Assembly: GCA_051294905.1 (NCBI GenBank)
Contig: CM119372.1
Span: forward strand, 17,796,001 to 17,860,000
DNA from: Botryllus schlosseri
Taxonomy: Eukaryota
Length of the DNA: 64,000 nt
Direction: 5' to 3'
In this document: in pieces, positions 1-11,687 of the stretch
Layout of the letters: every line of letters begins with the position of its first letter
Position numbering within the stretch: the first letter of the stretch is position 1
The notes under the pieces: generated by a model
What the model saw: the letters and a program-made list of their open reading frames with translations, nothing else
What the model was told of the DNA's origin: nothing
Databases searched by the model: none
Position numbers and translations under genes: made by a program

Positions 1-2
1 AA

Positions 3-1109
3 GACGATATGAAATTTCACCTTCGGACCGTCGAATACTTGCTCGGTTGCTCGTCAAAAGTGAAAGATATCATTGTATTCGGGATGATATCGCAACTCAA
101 AGTTCGGAGATATTTTCTCGAAGATCTCACCGGCGCTGTTGAACTGGATATGTCGAAAGCCAAATTTCACTCTGGATTGTTCACCGAAAACTGTTTTGTG
201 TTGGCAGAGGGCTGGTATGACGACAATATATTTCACATAACAGCAATCGGCTTTCCTCCGTTAGAAACGGCAGCCACCACAAGAGCATATTATGGCAAAA
301 CTAATTTATTTGGAGGGAGTTGCAATCTTTCTGCGAGTGCTTTGTCGAATGCCAGGGAATTTGAGATGCGCAACGATGATGCGATGATAGTCTTATTATC
401 GGATGTATGGCTTGATCAAGAACGAGTTCTCGCAAAACTAGAAGCATTGTTCAGTGGCTTCAAAGATTCCCCGCCAATTTGCTTTATATTTTGTGGAAGC
501 TTCATATCTGACACGCATAGCGCAAACCGTGTTAAAGTACTGAACGATTCATTGAACAACTTGATGAGAGTTATCCTGAAGTTTCCAGATCTGAGCTCAC
601 AATCAAAGTTCATATTTGTTCCGAGTATGGAGGACAGTGGTCCCGCAAAAATCTTGCCGAGACCCGCAATACCAGAAATGATGACCGAAAAGTTTGTTCA
701 AGAGATTCCAAATGCCATTTTTACATCCAATCCATGTCGCGTGCAGTATTGCTCGCAAGATATTGTGATATTTTGTGAAAACGTGTTTCATAAGATGATT
801 CGAAATTGCTTGCAGTGTCCATCTGATGATCTCCCGTCTCATTTTGTCAAAACCATATTTGCGCAGGGCCATCTTTGTCCTTTACCTAACGAAATTGTCC
901 CAGTGTATTGGCAATATGATCACGCGTTGTGGCTTTATCCCCTGCCCGATTTGGTCGTAATCGCAGATAGCCACGCGCCATCTTTCCAACAGAGCGACGC
1001 TATCGGTTGCACAGTCACTAACCCGGGATCTTTTTCCAACGGAGGATTTTCATTCAAGGTTTATTACCCCTCATCGAAAGTAGTTGAAGATAGCATTATT
1101 GGTGATTGA
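3..1109 (+). CDS. POLE2: DNA polymerase epsilon subunit 2 (B subunit), 5'-partial; uninterrupted ORF
   Basis: Motifs KFHLRTVEYLLG, FHSGLFTENCFVLAEG, IGFPPLE, LSDVWLD, LPRPAI, SNPCRVQY, LYPLPDLVVIAD and NPGSF match POLE2/Dpb2. The frame is open to the window start, so the ATG at 9 is probably internal. Confidence 0.96.
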   Translation, partial: DDMKFHLRTVEYLLGCSSKVKDIIVFGMISQLKVRRYFLEDLTGAVELDMSKAKFHSGLFTENCFVLAEGWYDDNIFHITAIGFPPLETAATTRAYYGKTNLFGGSCNLSASALSNAREFEMRNDDAMIVLLSDVWLDQERVLAKLEALFSGFKDSPPICFIFCGSFISDTHSANRVKVLNDSLNNLMRVILKFPDLSSQSKFIFVPSMEDSGPAKILPRPAIPEMMTEKFVQEIPNAIFTSNPCRVQYCSQDIVIFCENVFHKMIRNCLQCPSDDLPSHFVKTIFAQGHLCPLPNEIVPVYWQYDHALWLYPLPDLVVIADSHAPSFQQSDAIGCTVTNPGSFSNGGFSFKVYYPSSKVVEDSIIGD

Positions 1110-1177
1110 TATTGTGCGGTATAGTTCGCTAATTTATTTTATGTGAATTTGTTTATTGTGAATTGGACACCAATCAT

Positions 1178-1198
1178 ATTTTTCTGTATATTTTCCAG
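1178..1198 (+). promoter_or_regulatory. Splice acceptor upstream of KIFBP (candidate trans-splice site)
   Basis: tttttctgtatattttccag|G lies 89 nt after the POLE2 stop and 15 nt before the KIFBP ATG. Confidence 0.65.
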
Positions 1199-1213
1199 GT
1201 CAACGGAATCACT

Positions 1214-2959
1214 ATGACACTGCTGCCACCTAATCTTTTAACATATATGTCGGAAGAGGGTTATGATAAATATAAAAAGATACGCCACTTGTTTGACGAA
1301 GACAGTAAATGCGATCCAGAGAACGACCCCTTCCGGTCAGCATACAAGGCTCGTGAATTACTGCAAGAAATTTCAAATAAAGTTCATGTAGAACGTGAAT
1401 GCGACGGCGCTCATGTCGGATTGAGAGTGCTTGAAGGTTCCTTGTGTTATCAACTTGGATTGAATTACATATTCTGTGAAGAACGACCGTGCGGCGAGGA
1501 ATATTTGCAGAAATCTGTGACCCTACTGAAGGACGATCTCGACACTGGTAATAGCAAGGATGCAGTTTCAATAGTCATGGCTGCTCAAACGGAACTTGGC
1601 ATACTCTGGGCAAGCCGTTATCAAGGCGCAGAACAAGCTTTATCGATCTTGGAAAAAGTGGAATCTTCTTACCACGAATACAAACGCAAGAGCGATCACG
1701 CACCGTTGACAATCGACGAATTGCTCAGCCCGCCAGAGGAACGATTGACTGACGCCGAGCGCAGGGAAAAGTTCGAAAATATATACACGCACGCGCTTTT
1801 TTATTTGGCGCAAGTCCATAAGAACTTAGGGAATAATGATCTGGCCGCGACACATTGCCAGAGAACGCTACGACGGCAACTAAAGATTGGAAATTACGAC
1901 AGGAAAGAATGGGCCGTGAATGCCGCCGGTCTGTCGCAGTATTTCATCACCAGAAACATGTTCGCCCAAGCTAAGCATTGCCTGTGCTGCGCCAATGTTG
2001 TGATCGAAGAATGTGAGACCACTGCGTCAGATATGGAAACCGCCGTGTTTCAACGCAAAGCAGACATTGCTCGGTGTTGGGTGAAATACTTCCTCGCATT
2101 GCTGGAATATTCCAAAGAGAAACTGTACGACGATGTCTTGGAACTGGATCGGGACAGGCAAACCAACGCTCAAATCGCCCAAGACGAAGAGGACGAGATT
2201 AAAAATCCCTATCGCATGCCAATGGAGCTGGGTGTCGAGGAAGAAAACACACGTCACCAGCCGATCGTCACATTTGAGGAGGCGAGACAAGTTTTTCTTC
2301 GATGTAAAACATACGTAGACTTTGCTCTCAAGTTTTTCGTTATGGACGGATATGTGACCGATAACATTGAGCTCGCGCAGGACATGAGCGCTTTGTACAA
2401 GCATCTTTTATTTTTCGAGATCGCGAAAGATAGAAAGTGTAAAATGCACAAGCGCCGGGCGGATCTCATCACCGGCGTACTGGAGGAAATCAATCCGCAG
2501 TTTTATCTTCTGGTCTGCAGGCAGTTGCAATTCGAGCTCGGAGAGATCTACAGTGACATGGTTGATTTGAAAGTAGAAATTGCGAATGAGACAAACCGTC
2601 CGGCTGGGCCGCACGCCGTGAAAAAAATCAACAGTCTCTGCCTCTCCTCCATTAAATACTTTCGTGAATTTTTAGACACGTTGAAAAACCCGAACGGAGA
2701 ATTTCCCGGAACGTTGGATGGCGATGTGGAACGCCCGGCTGTCGTAGCAAACTTCTACCTGGCACGTTTGCATTCTAAAGTACTCGCTTCGGAGCAGCAG
2801 GAAACACTGGATTGGAAAAGACGCAGTCTGCAGTTTTATCAATGGATCGTCGATTACGTTCAACGCAATCCAAAATGCACGCCGTCAGTACAAAAGGAAT
2901 TTGAAATTTGTCAAGAAATGGTTGTGCTCTTGCCCAAATCACTGGACAGGCAACTTTGA
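1214..2959 (+). CDS. KIFBP: KIF1-binding protein (kinesin-binding protein, TPR-like helical); single-exon ORF
   Basis: DPENDPFRSAYKARELL, YTHALFYLAQV, EWAVNAAGLSQY, KCKMHKRR and NPQFYLLVCRQLQFELGEIY match KBP. First ATG after the acceptor (AG 1197-1198) is at 1214. Confidence 0.93.
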   Translation: MTLLPPNLLTYMSEEGYDKYKKIRHLFDEDSKCDPENDPFRSAYKARELLQEISNKVHVERECDGAHVGLRVLEGSLCYQLGLNYIFCEERPCGEEYLQKSVTLLKDDLDTGNSKDAVSIVMAAQTELGILWASRYQGAEQALSILEKVESSYHEYKRKSDHAPLTIDELLSPPEERLTDAERREKFENIYTHALFYLAQVHKNLGNNDLAATHCQRTLRRQLKIGNYDRKEWAVNAAGLSQYFITRNMFAQAKHCLCCANVVIEECETTASDMETAVFQRKADIARCWVKYFLALLEYSKEKLYDDVLELDRDRQTNAQIAQDEEDEIKNPYRMPMELGVEEENTRHQPIVTFEEARQVFLRCKTYVDFALKFFVMDGYVTDNIELAQDMSALYKHLLFFEIAKDRKCKMHKRRADLITGVLEEINPQFYLLVCRQLQFELGEIYSDMVDLKVEIANETNRPAGPHAVKKINSLCLSSIKYFREFLDTLKNPNGEFPGTLDGDVERPAVVANFYLARLHSKVLASEQQETLDWKRRSLQFYQWIVDYVQRNPKCTPSVQKEFEICQEMVVLLPKSLDRQL

Positions 2960-3586
2960 TGGCTGATGAGCATTGTATCAGTATGTTTTAATTTTTAAAT
3001 TGGTCAACGTCACTGTAGCTTCAGCGTTAGTCACCTTTATCGTCTCATGCAGTATTATTAGTTATTACCATCTCGGTAACCGTGTCACTGTAGTTTGTTA
3101 TAATGTTGAAAAATGGTATCAATGAGAAACTGTTCTGCAGCGTTTGCTTATTGTCATGAATCTGTGAAACTAATAATTATGTTGCATTATTAGCTCAATA
3201 CGTGATACGACACATGAGACACTATGAACAGATTGGATGTCGAATTGATCAACAGCTCATCCTACTGGTATTCCTTGTAGCAATACTTGGCTTTTTTGTG
3301 AAGACGCTGTTATTACAGCAGAGCAGGGTATGAGCTGGAATGAACCTACAAAACCTGCTATAACCTTGACAGGAACCACAATCTCTCGAGCGGATGCATT
3401 TAGACCAGTGGTTCCCAACCTTTTTTGACTCACCGCCTCCTTATCAGGATCGACACAATTTTTCACCCCCACACCCCATATTTACGGATTCGATAAAGAG
3501 GACGTATCAACAGGAGATTTGTTCACCTGACTCTGATCGCTGTTGAATTGACTAAAAAAGGACATTTTTTGTGAGACGGTGCTCGG

Positions 3587-4836
3587 CAGGGTTGTAATGA
3601 CTCGAGTCATGACTCGACTCGAGTCACGTTTTTTTTTGTGACTCGACTCGAGTCAATATTTGGATTGACTCGACTTGTACTCGAGTCATTACGCATGACT
3701 CGACCCCAGTCAATGACTCGGCTTATTTTATATGACTTGAAGATGAATAAATTTGCGAATCGTAATGGCTAGTTCAATACATCTGACGAATTCTGCCGAC
3801 ATCGCTATTTGTCACCACTGCTTTCGTTGCACTCGTCTGATATCAAATATGCCGCCGCAAAAACGACAGACAATGGTACCATAGTGTCCTATATGGTGTC
3901 GACACAGCCAAATCTCACGCCTCAGAAATTGATTCACGTCACAATTTCGATTTGGCTACAGGCAATTTGAAGGCCATTTTTGACCGGCTTGACGAGCATT
4001 AAATTTGGTAAAACGGGTATCAATCGAAAGCTGACTCTGCACTGCTTACGAAAATATAAATGTTATTCCGCTCGTGGCCCTGGAACCCCCACAATCGGCC
4101 TCGCATTTTTCATTGTTATGGAGATAGGCATTGAGACGCAACAATGCTGCCAGGCACTTTTGCTCTTGAACTATACTCTCTCGTTTCGCCAGACAGCATT
4201 GTTGCGTCCCAATGCCAATCAGGGTCATACCAACCCTGCTCTCACTCAATAACCATGCGACTAGGTATTTTTAGTGAGAAATTTTTTCATATAATATAAT
4301 TACATACTAGTAGTAAGCCGACTATTTTTTCATATCCAAAATATTCTACTCGAATAACTTCATTTCTTCTAGTTGGAATTTGCTATGAATCATATTTTTA
4401 CACAATGTAACAATATCATGAGATAGCCGGTAAAATTCGAAAATCTCTATTTGTAATTAATCTAAAATTTTCTTTCATAGCATTGCTTTTTACTGGTTGG
4501 AATTGAGCCAAATTTGATTTTTTTAGGCAATCTAACAATTTTAAGAAGTAGCCGGAAGAAGTAGTCAAAACTCTGATAGGGACAAAATGAGCATGTTTGG
4601 CAAGCTAGGAATTCGATATCACCCAAGCAGGATTGAAAACATGAGCTGAACATGACTTCAATACTGTGACTTGGACTCGACTCGAGTCATAACACTATGA
4701 CTCGGACTTGACCCTTTAAACGGTGACTTGGACTCGGACTCGAGTCGGTGATGAATTGAAAATGACTCGACTTGACTCGAGTCAAAACCACAAAAGTAAG
4801 ATTGACTCGGAACCATGTGACTTGGTTACAACCCTG
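3587..4836. mobile_element. hAT-type MITE family A (GACTCGAGTC subterminal repeats)
   Basis: TIR CAGGGTTGTAA / TTACAACCCTG; perfect 8-bp TSD gtgctcgg (3579-3586, 4837-4844). Confidence 0.9.
3880..4220. mobile_element. Foldback element family B, left arm only
   Basis: Begins CATAGTGTCCTATATGGTGTCGACAC; colinear with the copy starting at 51895. Confidence 0.8.
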
Positions 4837-6624
4837 GTGCTCGGAGAACCTGTTTCCTCGACTACTTCCCGCTGTGTCAACTTCCGAGTCATATGCAGAA
4901 TAAGTGTTCATGTGCGTTTTTTGGCCGTGTTAATTAAACATATCCCACTGGAAGTGCTAACATTTTGCCCCTGTCGCCTCCCAATAGCCACCCTTGGTAT
5001 TTTCGCCCCCTCGTTTTTCAAAATCGCCCACATTGGAACCACTGATTTAAACTAACTGCGCGATCTCTCCTGACTATGAAATGTGAAGAGATGTCATTGA
5101 TTATAAATCCTGTTACCACAAAAATGATTTGTTTGATCAAATGCCTCTACACCACATGTCGAGGTTAGGTCTGTAGCGAGATATGACATGTCATATTAAC
5201 AAATGGTGTACATCAGAAGCAATTGAATTGTAGAATTTTCAAGATAATGTTATTGGCGATGTTTGTAATCATTGTTAAAGCAGTTATTGCACTAGCGATC
5301 GTGTGAATCACACATTCCTAATATTCTTGACGTCATGCAGTTGTACGTCTGTTGATATTAAAGTAGTATTGGACTCGTCATTCAAACCGCCTATTGATTG
5401 GATGTATGGTCTCAGTCGGGACCTATTCCAACTGAAAGACTTAGAAGTAGTTATTAAGAGATTTCAGAGTACTGTAATTGTTCCACGCAGATGTAAGCAA
5501 AACATTCATTATTAAGAGGAATGACACTAGTTTTGCAGGTTGCAGGTGAACTCTTTTATAGAAACCAACATAGGTAAATTTGGCAGGAATTGTAACCTTG
5601 AAAACATGGTAAACCACGACCGCCACACAGGGTTGTAATGACTCGAGTCACGATTTTCTGGTGACTCAGTCCGCAACCAAGACCAACATTTATTTCATTG
5701 TAATTTCGAAGAATATAGTAAAGTAACCATGCTATTGTGATTTCGTCTATTGGCACTGGTACTTGAAAATGCGACAGAAACCGTTGAAGTCAGGGAAATT
5801 AGCATATTATAAATGCGAATCATTCGATATCGCCAAACTGAGTTATAAAAAGTGCGTTCAACAAGACTTCTACTGGAAATTGAGCAGTCAACGCAATGAC
5901 TTGGACTCGAGTCATAATACCATAACCCGAACCCACAGGCGCCGAGTTACGGGGTGGCGCAGCCACCCCATGACGCATTTATGGGGTGGCGGCCACCCCA
6001 TACAATAAGATTAAAAGCCCGCTGTGTGCGATATCAAATCAGCCCGTGGTAGCGCGTAAATGCCAACTATTTACCATTAACCGGTACGCGCGCGAATGAT
6101 TGAATACGCAGCTTCGTTGGCGACGACGAACTAGTGCTTATAACGCCCCAATAAATTGTGATCCGTGATTAGTAATCAGACGATCGAAGCAACCTCGCTT
6201 ACGACGTCGATTTCGACACCCTTGCGCTGAGAAACACCATCTTCTTCTCTCTCGACAGACGGCGAATTCAACCGCTCCTTCTCTTAAATTGTATTTGCGC
6301 CCATATTTGTTTACAAAATAATTCATGAGTTAGTTCCGTGATAGTCTCTTTAATTGTAGGCTTGGAGCGCGAAATAGGACAGTGTGTTTGTCTATACGGC
6401 CGTCAACCAAACTTTACGCTGATTGGTTGAGAGACAGTGGCCATGGATACGGCGCAGCAACGGAGGACGCTGTATTTACCTAAGCCTAGTTGTACTACGA
6501 TGTATTCCTATAGCCGTGTAGACTGCATAAAAACGACAAGATTACAGTTAAATGTTTATTTCTTCATCAATAATAAAATTAGGAAAGGATATTAAATATT
6601 TAGTAACGTATACTGAAATATAAT

Positions 6625-6822
6625 ATGCCGAAATACTGCTGTGTTTATAAATGCAGTGCCACCAATGGCGAAGAACTGGGGAAGAACAGATTTGTCCATT
6701 CATTTCCTTCCAACGCAAAGGTCAGGAAGGCTTGGGAATGCAGAGTAAGAAGGCAGGATTTCAAGCCTACTTCCACAAGCTTCATTTGCTCCTCATCGCC
6801 GACCTCACTGCAGTTGCAGTGA
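6625..6822 (+). pseudogene. Truncated THAP zinc-finger ORF (transposon-derived)
   Basis: MPKYCCVYKC...HSFP...RKAW...FKPTSTSFICS is the THAP signature. The final His-Phe and the AVPTIF box are missing and the ORF stops early. Confidence 0.85.
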
Positions 6823-8139
6823 CTTGAAAAGCCCAGAAATCACAGTGAGCCGAGCTACAAGTCGGTAGCTAAAGACCTGATGAATCGCGCGCCGATGCAT
6901 GAGAGAGTGGAAAGAATTTCAAAGACAAGAATAAATGCATTGATCAGTTTAAATACTGCCATGTCGTGGAACACAAAGCCTTAAACAGGTTAAAAGCACC
7001 ACCTTTGTGTACAATAATAATAATAATAATAATTTGCTCCTACCACTTTTGCAAGGGAGATTTTACTGCTAGTGCATTATAGATACACCAATACATAGTC
7101 AAGTCTAAAGAGAGGTGCGATTCCCAGTCGAATTCTTCGTGGTGAAGCAGAAGATAATATGCGCATTGCAAAGAGGTGGACCCTGAACTCCATGCCGTGT
7201 CAACTGTCTTCCTCCAATGTTGTGGATGCTGCACATGCAAATCTTACATTGTCATCTGGTGATACTGATCTAGAATCGCCATCGTGTAGCCTTGAAATGC
7301 AATCTTCAAATCCATCACCTGAATCTTAGGGTTAGAAGCCAACGAAGTCAGTCATATGCAGATTAGCTACCTAAGCCCACATGACATCAGAACAGAGAGG
7401 ATGTGCAGAATGGGGTAAATACTTAGGGCTCTTCGACTCACAAGTAGCAATTTTGGTAGGGTTTTGGACTGCTTTGAGGGGAACAAGACAGCAGGTACTC
7501 CATATGCAACATCTCTTTTCAAATCACTTCAAGGACAGTACAGTATGAACAGGTATTCAGTATTGTGTGGGTTATTGCACGAAGAAAGGGCCATTCAAGA
7601 CTACTAAGCATCACTAATGTGAATGTAGCAAAGATTGGTCTTGCTCTTTTTCCATATGGATATCTGGGTGCTTCACATGATAGAGTGATTCTAGCTGAGC
7701 AGACCTCATCTGCACTGGTGTGCTTGAGGTATTGTAACAGCACATGCGATGAGTTCATTTGAACTTGGGCAGTAATCACAGAAAAAGAGTTTTTATTTGA
7801 CTGCTGCTAGACAAGTATAAATCACTCTTATTGGCATCAAATTCAGGCCCAACAATCGGGCTAAGGCAATCGATATCATAATAATCTGACATATCCAATG
7901 TAGACTACTTAGACGTAGCCTACATATCTCTATCAGCTGAAGGATATTGCGCGAAAATTGGTAGGGCCCTAATACATTCTGTGGACCCAGTTCTACCCTT
8001 ACAAGTCAAGGAAATGCTGGTGTGTGCTCGCTTGTACCGAAGCGCATAGAAAAAGTATCAACAGCGCAGCGTTTCTCTGTGGCGCGGTTGCACATTGCTA
8101 TTGCCGCGACGTCAGCTGATCCCACTCTCGCCGCTCGGC

Positions 8140-8450
8140 CGCATCCTTGCTCTTGAGCTAGTCTCTCGTTGCGCCAGACAGCATTGTTGCGTCACATTGC
8201 CAATCTACTCGACAATGAATAATTTGGGGCTGATTGTGGGGGTTCCAGGGCCATGAGTGGAATAAAATTTATATTTTCGCAAGCAGTACAGCGTCAGCTT
8301 TCGATTGATACCCGATTCATCAAATTTAATGCTCGGCAAGCCGGTCAAAAATCACCGTCAAATTGCCTGTAGCCAAATGGAAACTGTGACGTGATACAAT
8401 TTCATTGAACCGTGCGATTTGCTTGTGTCGACACCATATAGGACACTATG
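8140..8450. mobile_element. Foldback element family B, right arm
   Basis: Ends GTGTCGACACCATATAGGACACTATG at 8450; colinear with 52190-52500. Left boundary approximate. Confidence 0.8.
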
Positions 8451-10434
8451 GTGAAACACATCGCGCGCTGTGTGAAACACAATCTCCTATCGCGATTTGA
8501 CGACCATATATACGTCCGCCTTCTACAAATTAAAGGGCATTAATTATTTGCACCGACGAGGGCCGCAAGCCGCGTTTAATATATTCTGTGAACCATGCTT
8601 TGCGAACGTAGATCGGAAAATGCAGCGATGCAGTCAAAATCCTTGTTTCAATCAGCAACCAATTGTCGCGATGCGAGCTACTCAATACTAAGTAAAAACC
8701 CATTGTGTTGGCGGTAAGGGATAATTACTGATTGGCAGCGCGCGTTTGTACCGTAATCATAATTCTTGTCTGTCTTTCGTGTTCCAGAATTGTCGCGCTG
8801 CGTTGCTGCTCAGTCCAGTGACGAATGCCGAGCGCGCGACGATCAATTAACTAAATTCGCAATCATCTCAGCCGGAGATCGCGTCGCGTTGCATTGTGCG
8901 ATGGGATATGCGTGCACAGACGAATTTCGCTAATTGGGCGCGGCCCCGCGTAACACTGATTTATAATACGTCTTGTTGAATTGCAACGGAATATTAGCGT
9001 CAGAATGGTCATTTCGAAAGGATGGGGTTTTGAGTTTCAAAAGGGGGGGGGTTACACCACCCTGGCTACACGCCTGCCGCCACCCCATGCACAAATAAAA
9101 GTCGGCGCCTATGCCCGAACCTATGCTCGCTGGCTTGGACACCAGTCATAATACCATGACTCGGACTCGAACCTCTGCTCGCTGACTTGAACTCGGTGGT
9201 GAAATGAAAATGACTACAGTCAAGACTATAAAAGTCGGATGACTTGTGACTTAGTTGCAACCCTGCCGCCACACCAGCTCTTAACAACCAACTTATAGTT
9301 CCTGCTTCGGAACAAACCCCTTTATTCTGTCTTTCTTTCAATATTGAACAAGACTGGTCACATCTGCCAAAGCCCGGGACTCACATGCTGTTCTACTGGT
9401 TCATTTATCCGGTCAATAGGCCGACAACTGAGGCAATTGTCGTCACATGTGCACCGTTGAGCTTTCAGATCCTGCACTAAAGCAGGATCGTTGCGCAGGT
9501 CACTGCTGCATTTACGCAACTTACGTAGAACTCAGGATTACGATTACAGCATGTCACGCGGTGTAAAGCGATACAGGTAATGGCAGACACCTTACAGTTC
9601 GGACATTGTAAAACCAGTAGCAGTCCTTATTCAAGCGGTGTATTACGAAAAGTAAAATAGCATACTGACAAATAACTTCATTTACGCGGTACTGGCAAGT
9701 TAGCCAGTAAGGCACGAATAGTATTACAAAGCAATTGCTATCCACATGCAGGAATCTTTACGAACCCTATCATGCACAACGTGATATAATCTTTGTGTAT
9801 TAAACGATAACGAAACATTTCATCACATAGATTTACTTCTGTTTAAATGGCCATAAAAGATACAAGCTTGTGAAAAATAAACTCTGATCGTTTCATCCTC
9901 TGCCACCCTGGATCAGGCTACTGCAATGCAAACGCTCGAAAACAGGGAAAGAATCGCGACGGAAGCAGGAAAAATCGAAGCGTTGGTCGTAGGAAATTTG
10001 CAGAGTTAAGTGCAAAAAAATAGGAGCTACATAAATAGGCATGCGTCAGTGTTGGATGGAGATCGTTCACAATAACGTACCGATAAGCGCTGCATTATCT
10101 CCAATGGCGTGCCGCGAGACATGCTTCAATGATCACACAGTCAATTTTAGGTGGTAAGTAATGTAAAACTTACTTTCAGTACTCATAGGCTTTGCCCACT
10201 AGTACTACTTCTACAGGTGGGAATGTGTTTAGACTACTTCTACTTCAGTTTTTAGACAACATTCTTGTGAGTAAAATTGTCATGACACACGGGAGAAACA
10301 GCTCCTGTATCAAGTTAACTGGATAGTGAATGTACCTAATATTGTTACACCTACTCGCACTGCCATTAGCCATTTTGCGTAAGCCTCGAAGCAGCACTCT
10401 GTAATATCGTAAGTGGTTACCTGTAATCAACTGC

Positions 10435-10684
10435 CAGAGGTGGTCAGTAACGAAGTACTTCTACTTTTTGAAGTACTTGAAGTAGATTTTTCCAACTCAC
10501 AATACTTTTCAAGTAGTTATGATTGTAGACTACTTCTACTCGACAGTTTTCAGTTTTGCAGGCAAAAACAAGCGTAGAATACTTACTTACTTGTGAACCA
10601 CCAGTCCTACTTCTACTCGAGTAGCGACGGTGACTACTTCTACTTCTACTTGAGTAGCGACGGTGACTACTTTGACCACCTCTG
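10435..10684. mobile_element. hAT-type MITE family D (CTACT/AGTAG repeats)
   Basis: TIR CAGAGGTGGTCA / TGACCACCTCTG; perfect TSD tcaactgc. Confidence 0.9.
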
Positions 10685-11145
10685 TCAACTGCATATCGTA
10701 AGTGGTTGCCTGTGATCAACTGCAAGCGACCCACCGGCCAAATCTAGTTGTAAAACTGACTCGAGTACTTTTCAGATCTTCTTTTCGACCTGAAGTAGAT
10801 TTTACATCGGTTGGAAACCGCCAATTATGCTAACGAAGCAAAAATTTATGGAATTACTTCACCACCTGTAGCGAATTTACATTCAGAGACACGAGCAGCA
10901 CGGCTTGTTCCCGGGCTGGTGTCTGTGAATGAAAATTGACAGTGGGACGGATAATAAAGCATACCTCGCATCACGCCCCTGTGTACGCGATCAAAAGCAC
11001 TAAGCACACACTTGTCCCCGTCACACACCCGACAGCATAAAACAGGAAAAATTAATCCTCGTTCTGAACGCGGGCAGGCACAATGAATGAAATATATTTT
11101 GGGTGGATTGCACTGCGGCGTGTAGGCGTCTTAAGAACGCAATTC

Positions 11146-11687
11146 CTACGACCCCTCGTCTTCGCTGTCCGAGAGTAGCTTCGCCGAGTCAACCGCACCC
11201 CATTTGTTGCCATTCGCGAATTTTACGTCGTGTCGCCTGCCGTCACCCAATTCCCCGTCCGTCGAATGGTTCGGCACATAGCTGTACTGCGTAGAGTCTC
11301 CGCGTACGCAGCATTTAGCCTCATTCCCGCCGCGGCAGAAATGCAAACAAACAAACAGAATCCCAAACAAAATCACTGACAACACGCAAACGCCAACGGT
11401 CAAGGCGTAAGTCACGTTAGTCTGTGAATAGCTGATTTCAGATACACACCTTCCGGCGGCCATCTTAAACCCAGATTCACACGACTTGCAGTTATGTACC
11501 TTCGATCCGTTACACGAATCGCAATGCGGCGCGCACAGCCGACAGATCTTAAACCCTGCCGACCTGTCCTGGTCGCTTTCTCTGGGCACTTTTTCCCCAG
11601 TCTTTTCGTCAGCGAGATATTGACCTCGTGGACACCGTTGAATGCATCGAGTGCGATCCACGCTCAGGGCGTAGGCGTCTTCGCAAG
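11146..11687 (-). CDS. FURIN: Furin last coding exon (Cys-rich, TM, cytosolic tail)
   Basis: CEDAY...[10 protein letters not shown]...[13 protein letters not shown]...[28 protein letters not shown]; tail YSYV and [14 protein letters not shown]. Confidence 0.88.

Larger units (their letters stand above)
3406..5044. mobile_element. hAT (Charlie-like) non-autonomous element hosting nested inserts
   Basis: Ends CAGTGGTTCC / GGAACCACTG; 8-bp flanks atttagac / atttaaac (one mismatch). Confidence 0.8.
5934..9113. mobile_element. DNA transposon with TIR CA(C/T)AGGCGCCGA (hAT-Tip100-like or P-like), containing a THAP remnant
   Basis: CACAGGCGCCGAGTT / AAGTCGGCGCCTATG; perfect 8-bp TSD cccgaacc (5926-5933, 9114-9121); GGGGTGGCG subterminal motifs. 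Confidence 0.85.
5628..9265. mobile_element. hAT-type MITE family A, expanded by a nested 3.2-kb element
   Basis: TIR CAGGGTTGTAA / TTGCAACCCTG; perfect TSD ccgccaca (5620-5627, 9266-9273). The outer parts align with the roughly 500-bp copy at 63389-63886. Confidence 0.9.

Noticed and set aside
1163..1213. ORF-track N-terminal extension of KIFBP from TTG 1163
   Set aside because: Non-ATG start that runs through the pyrimidine tract and acceptor; ATG 1214 fits better.
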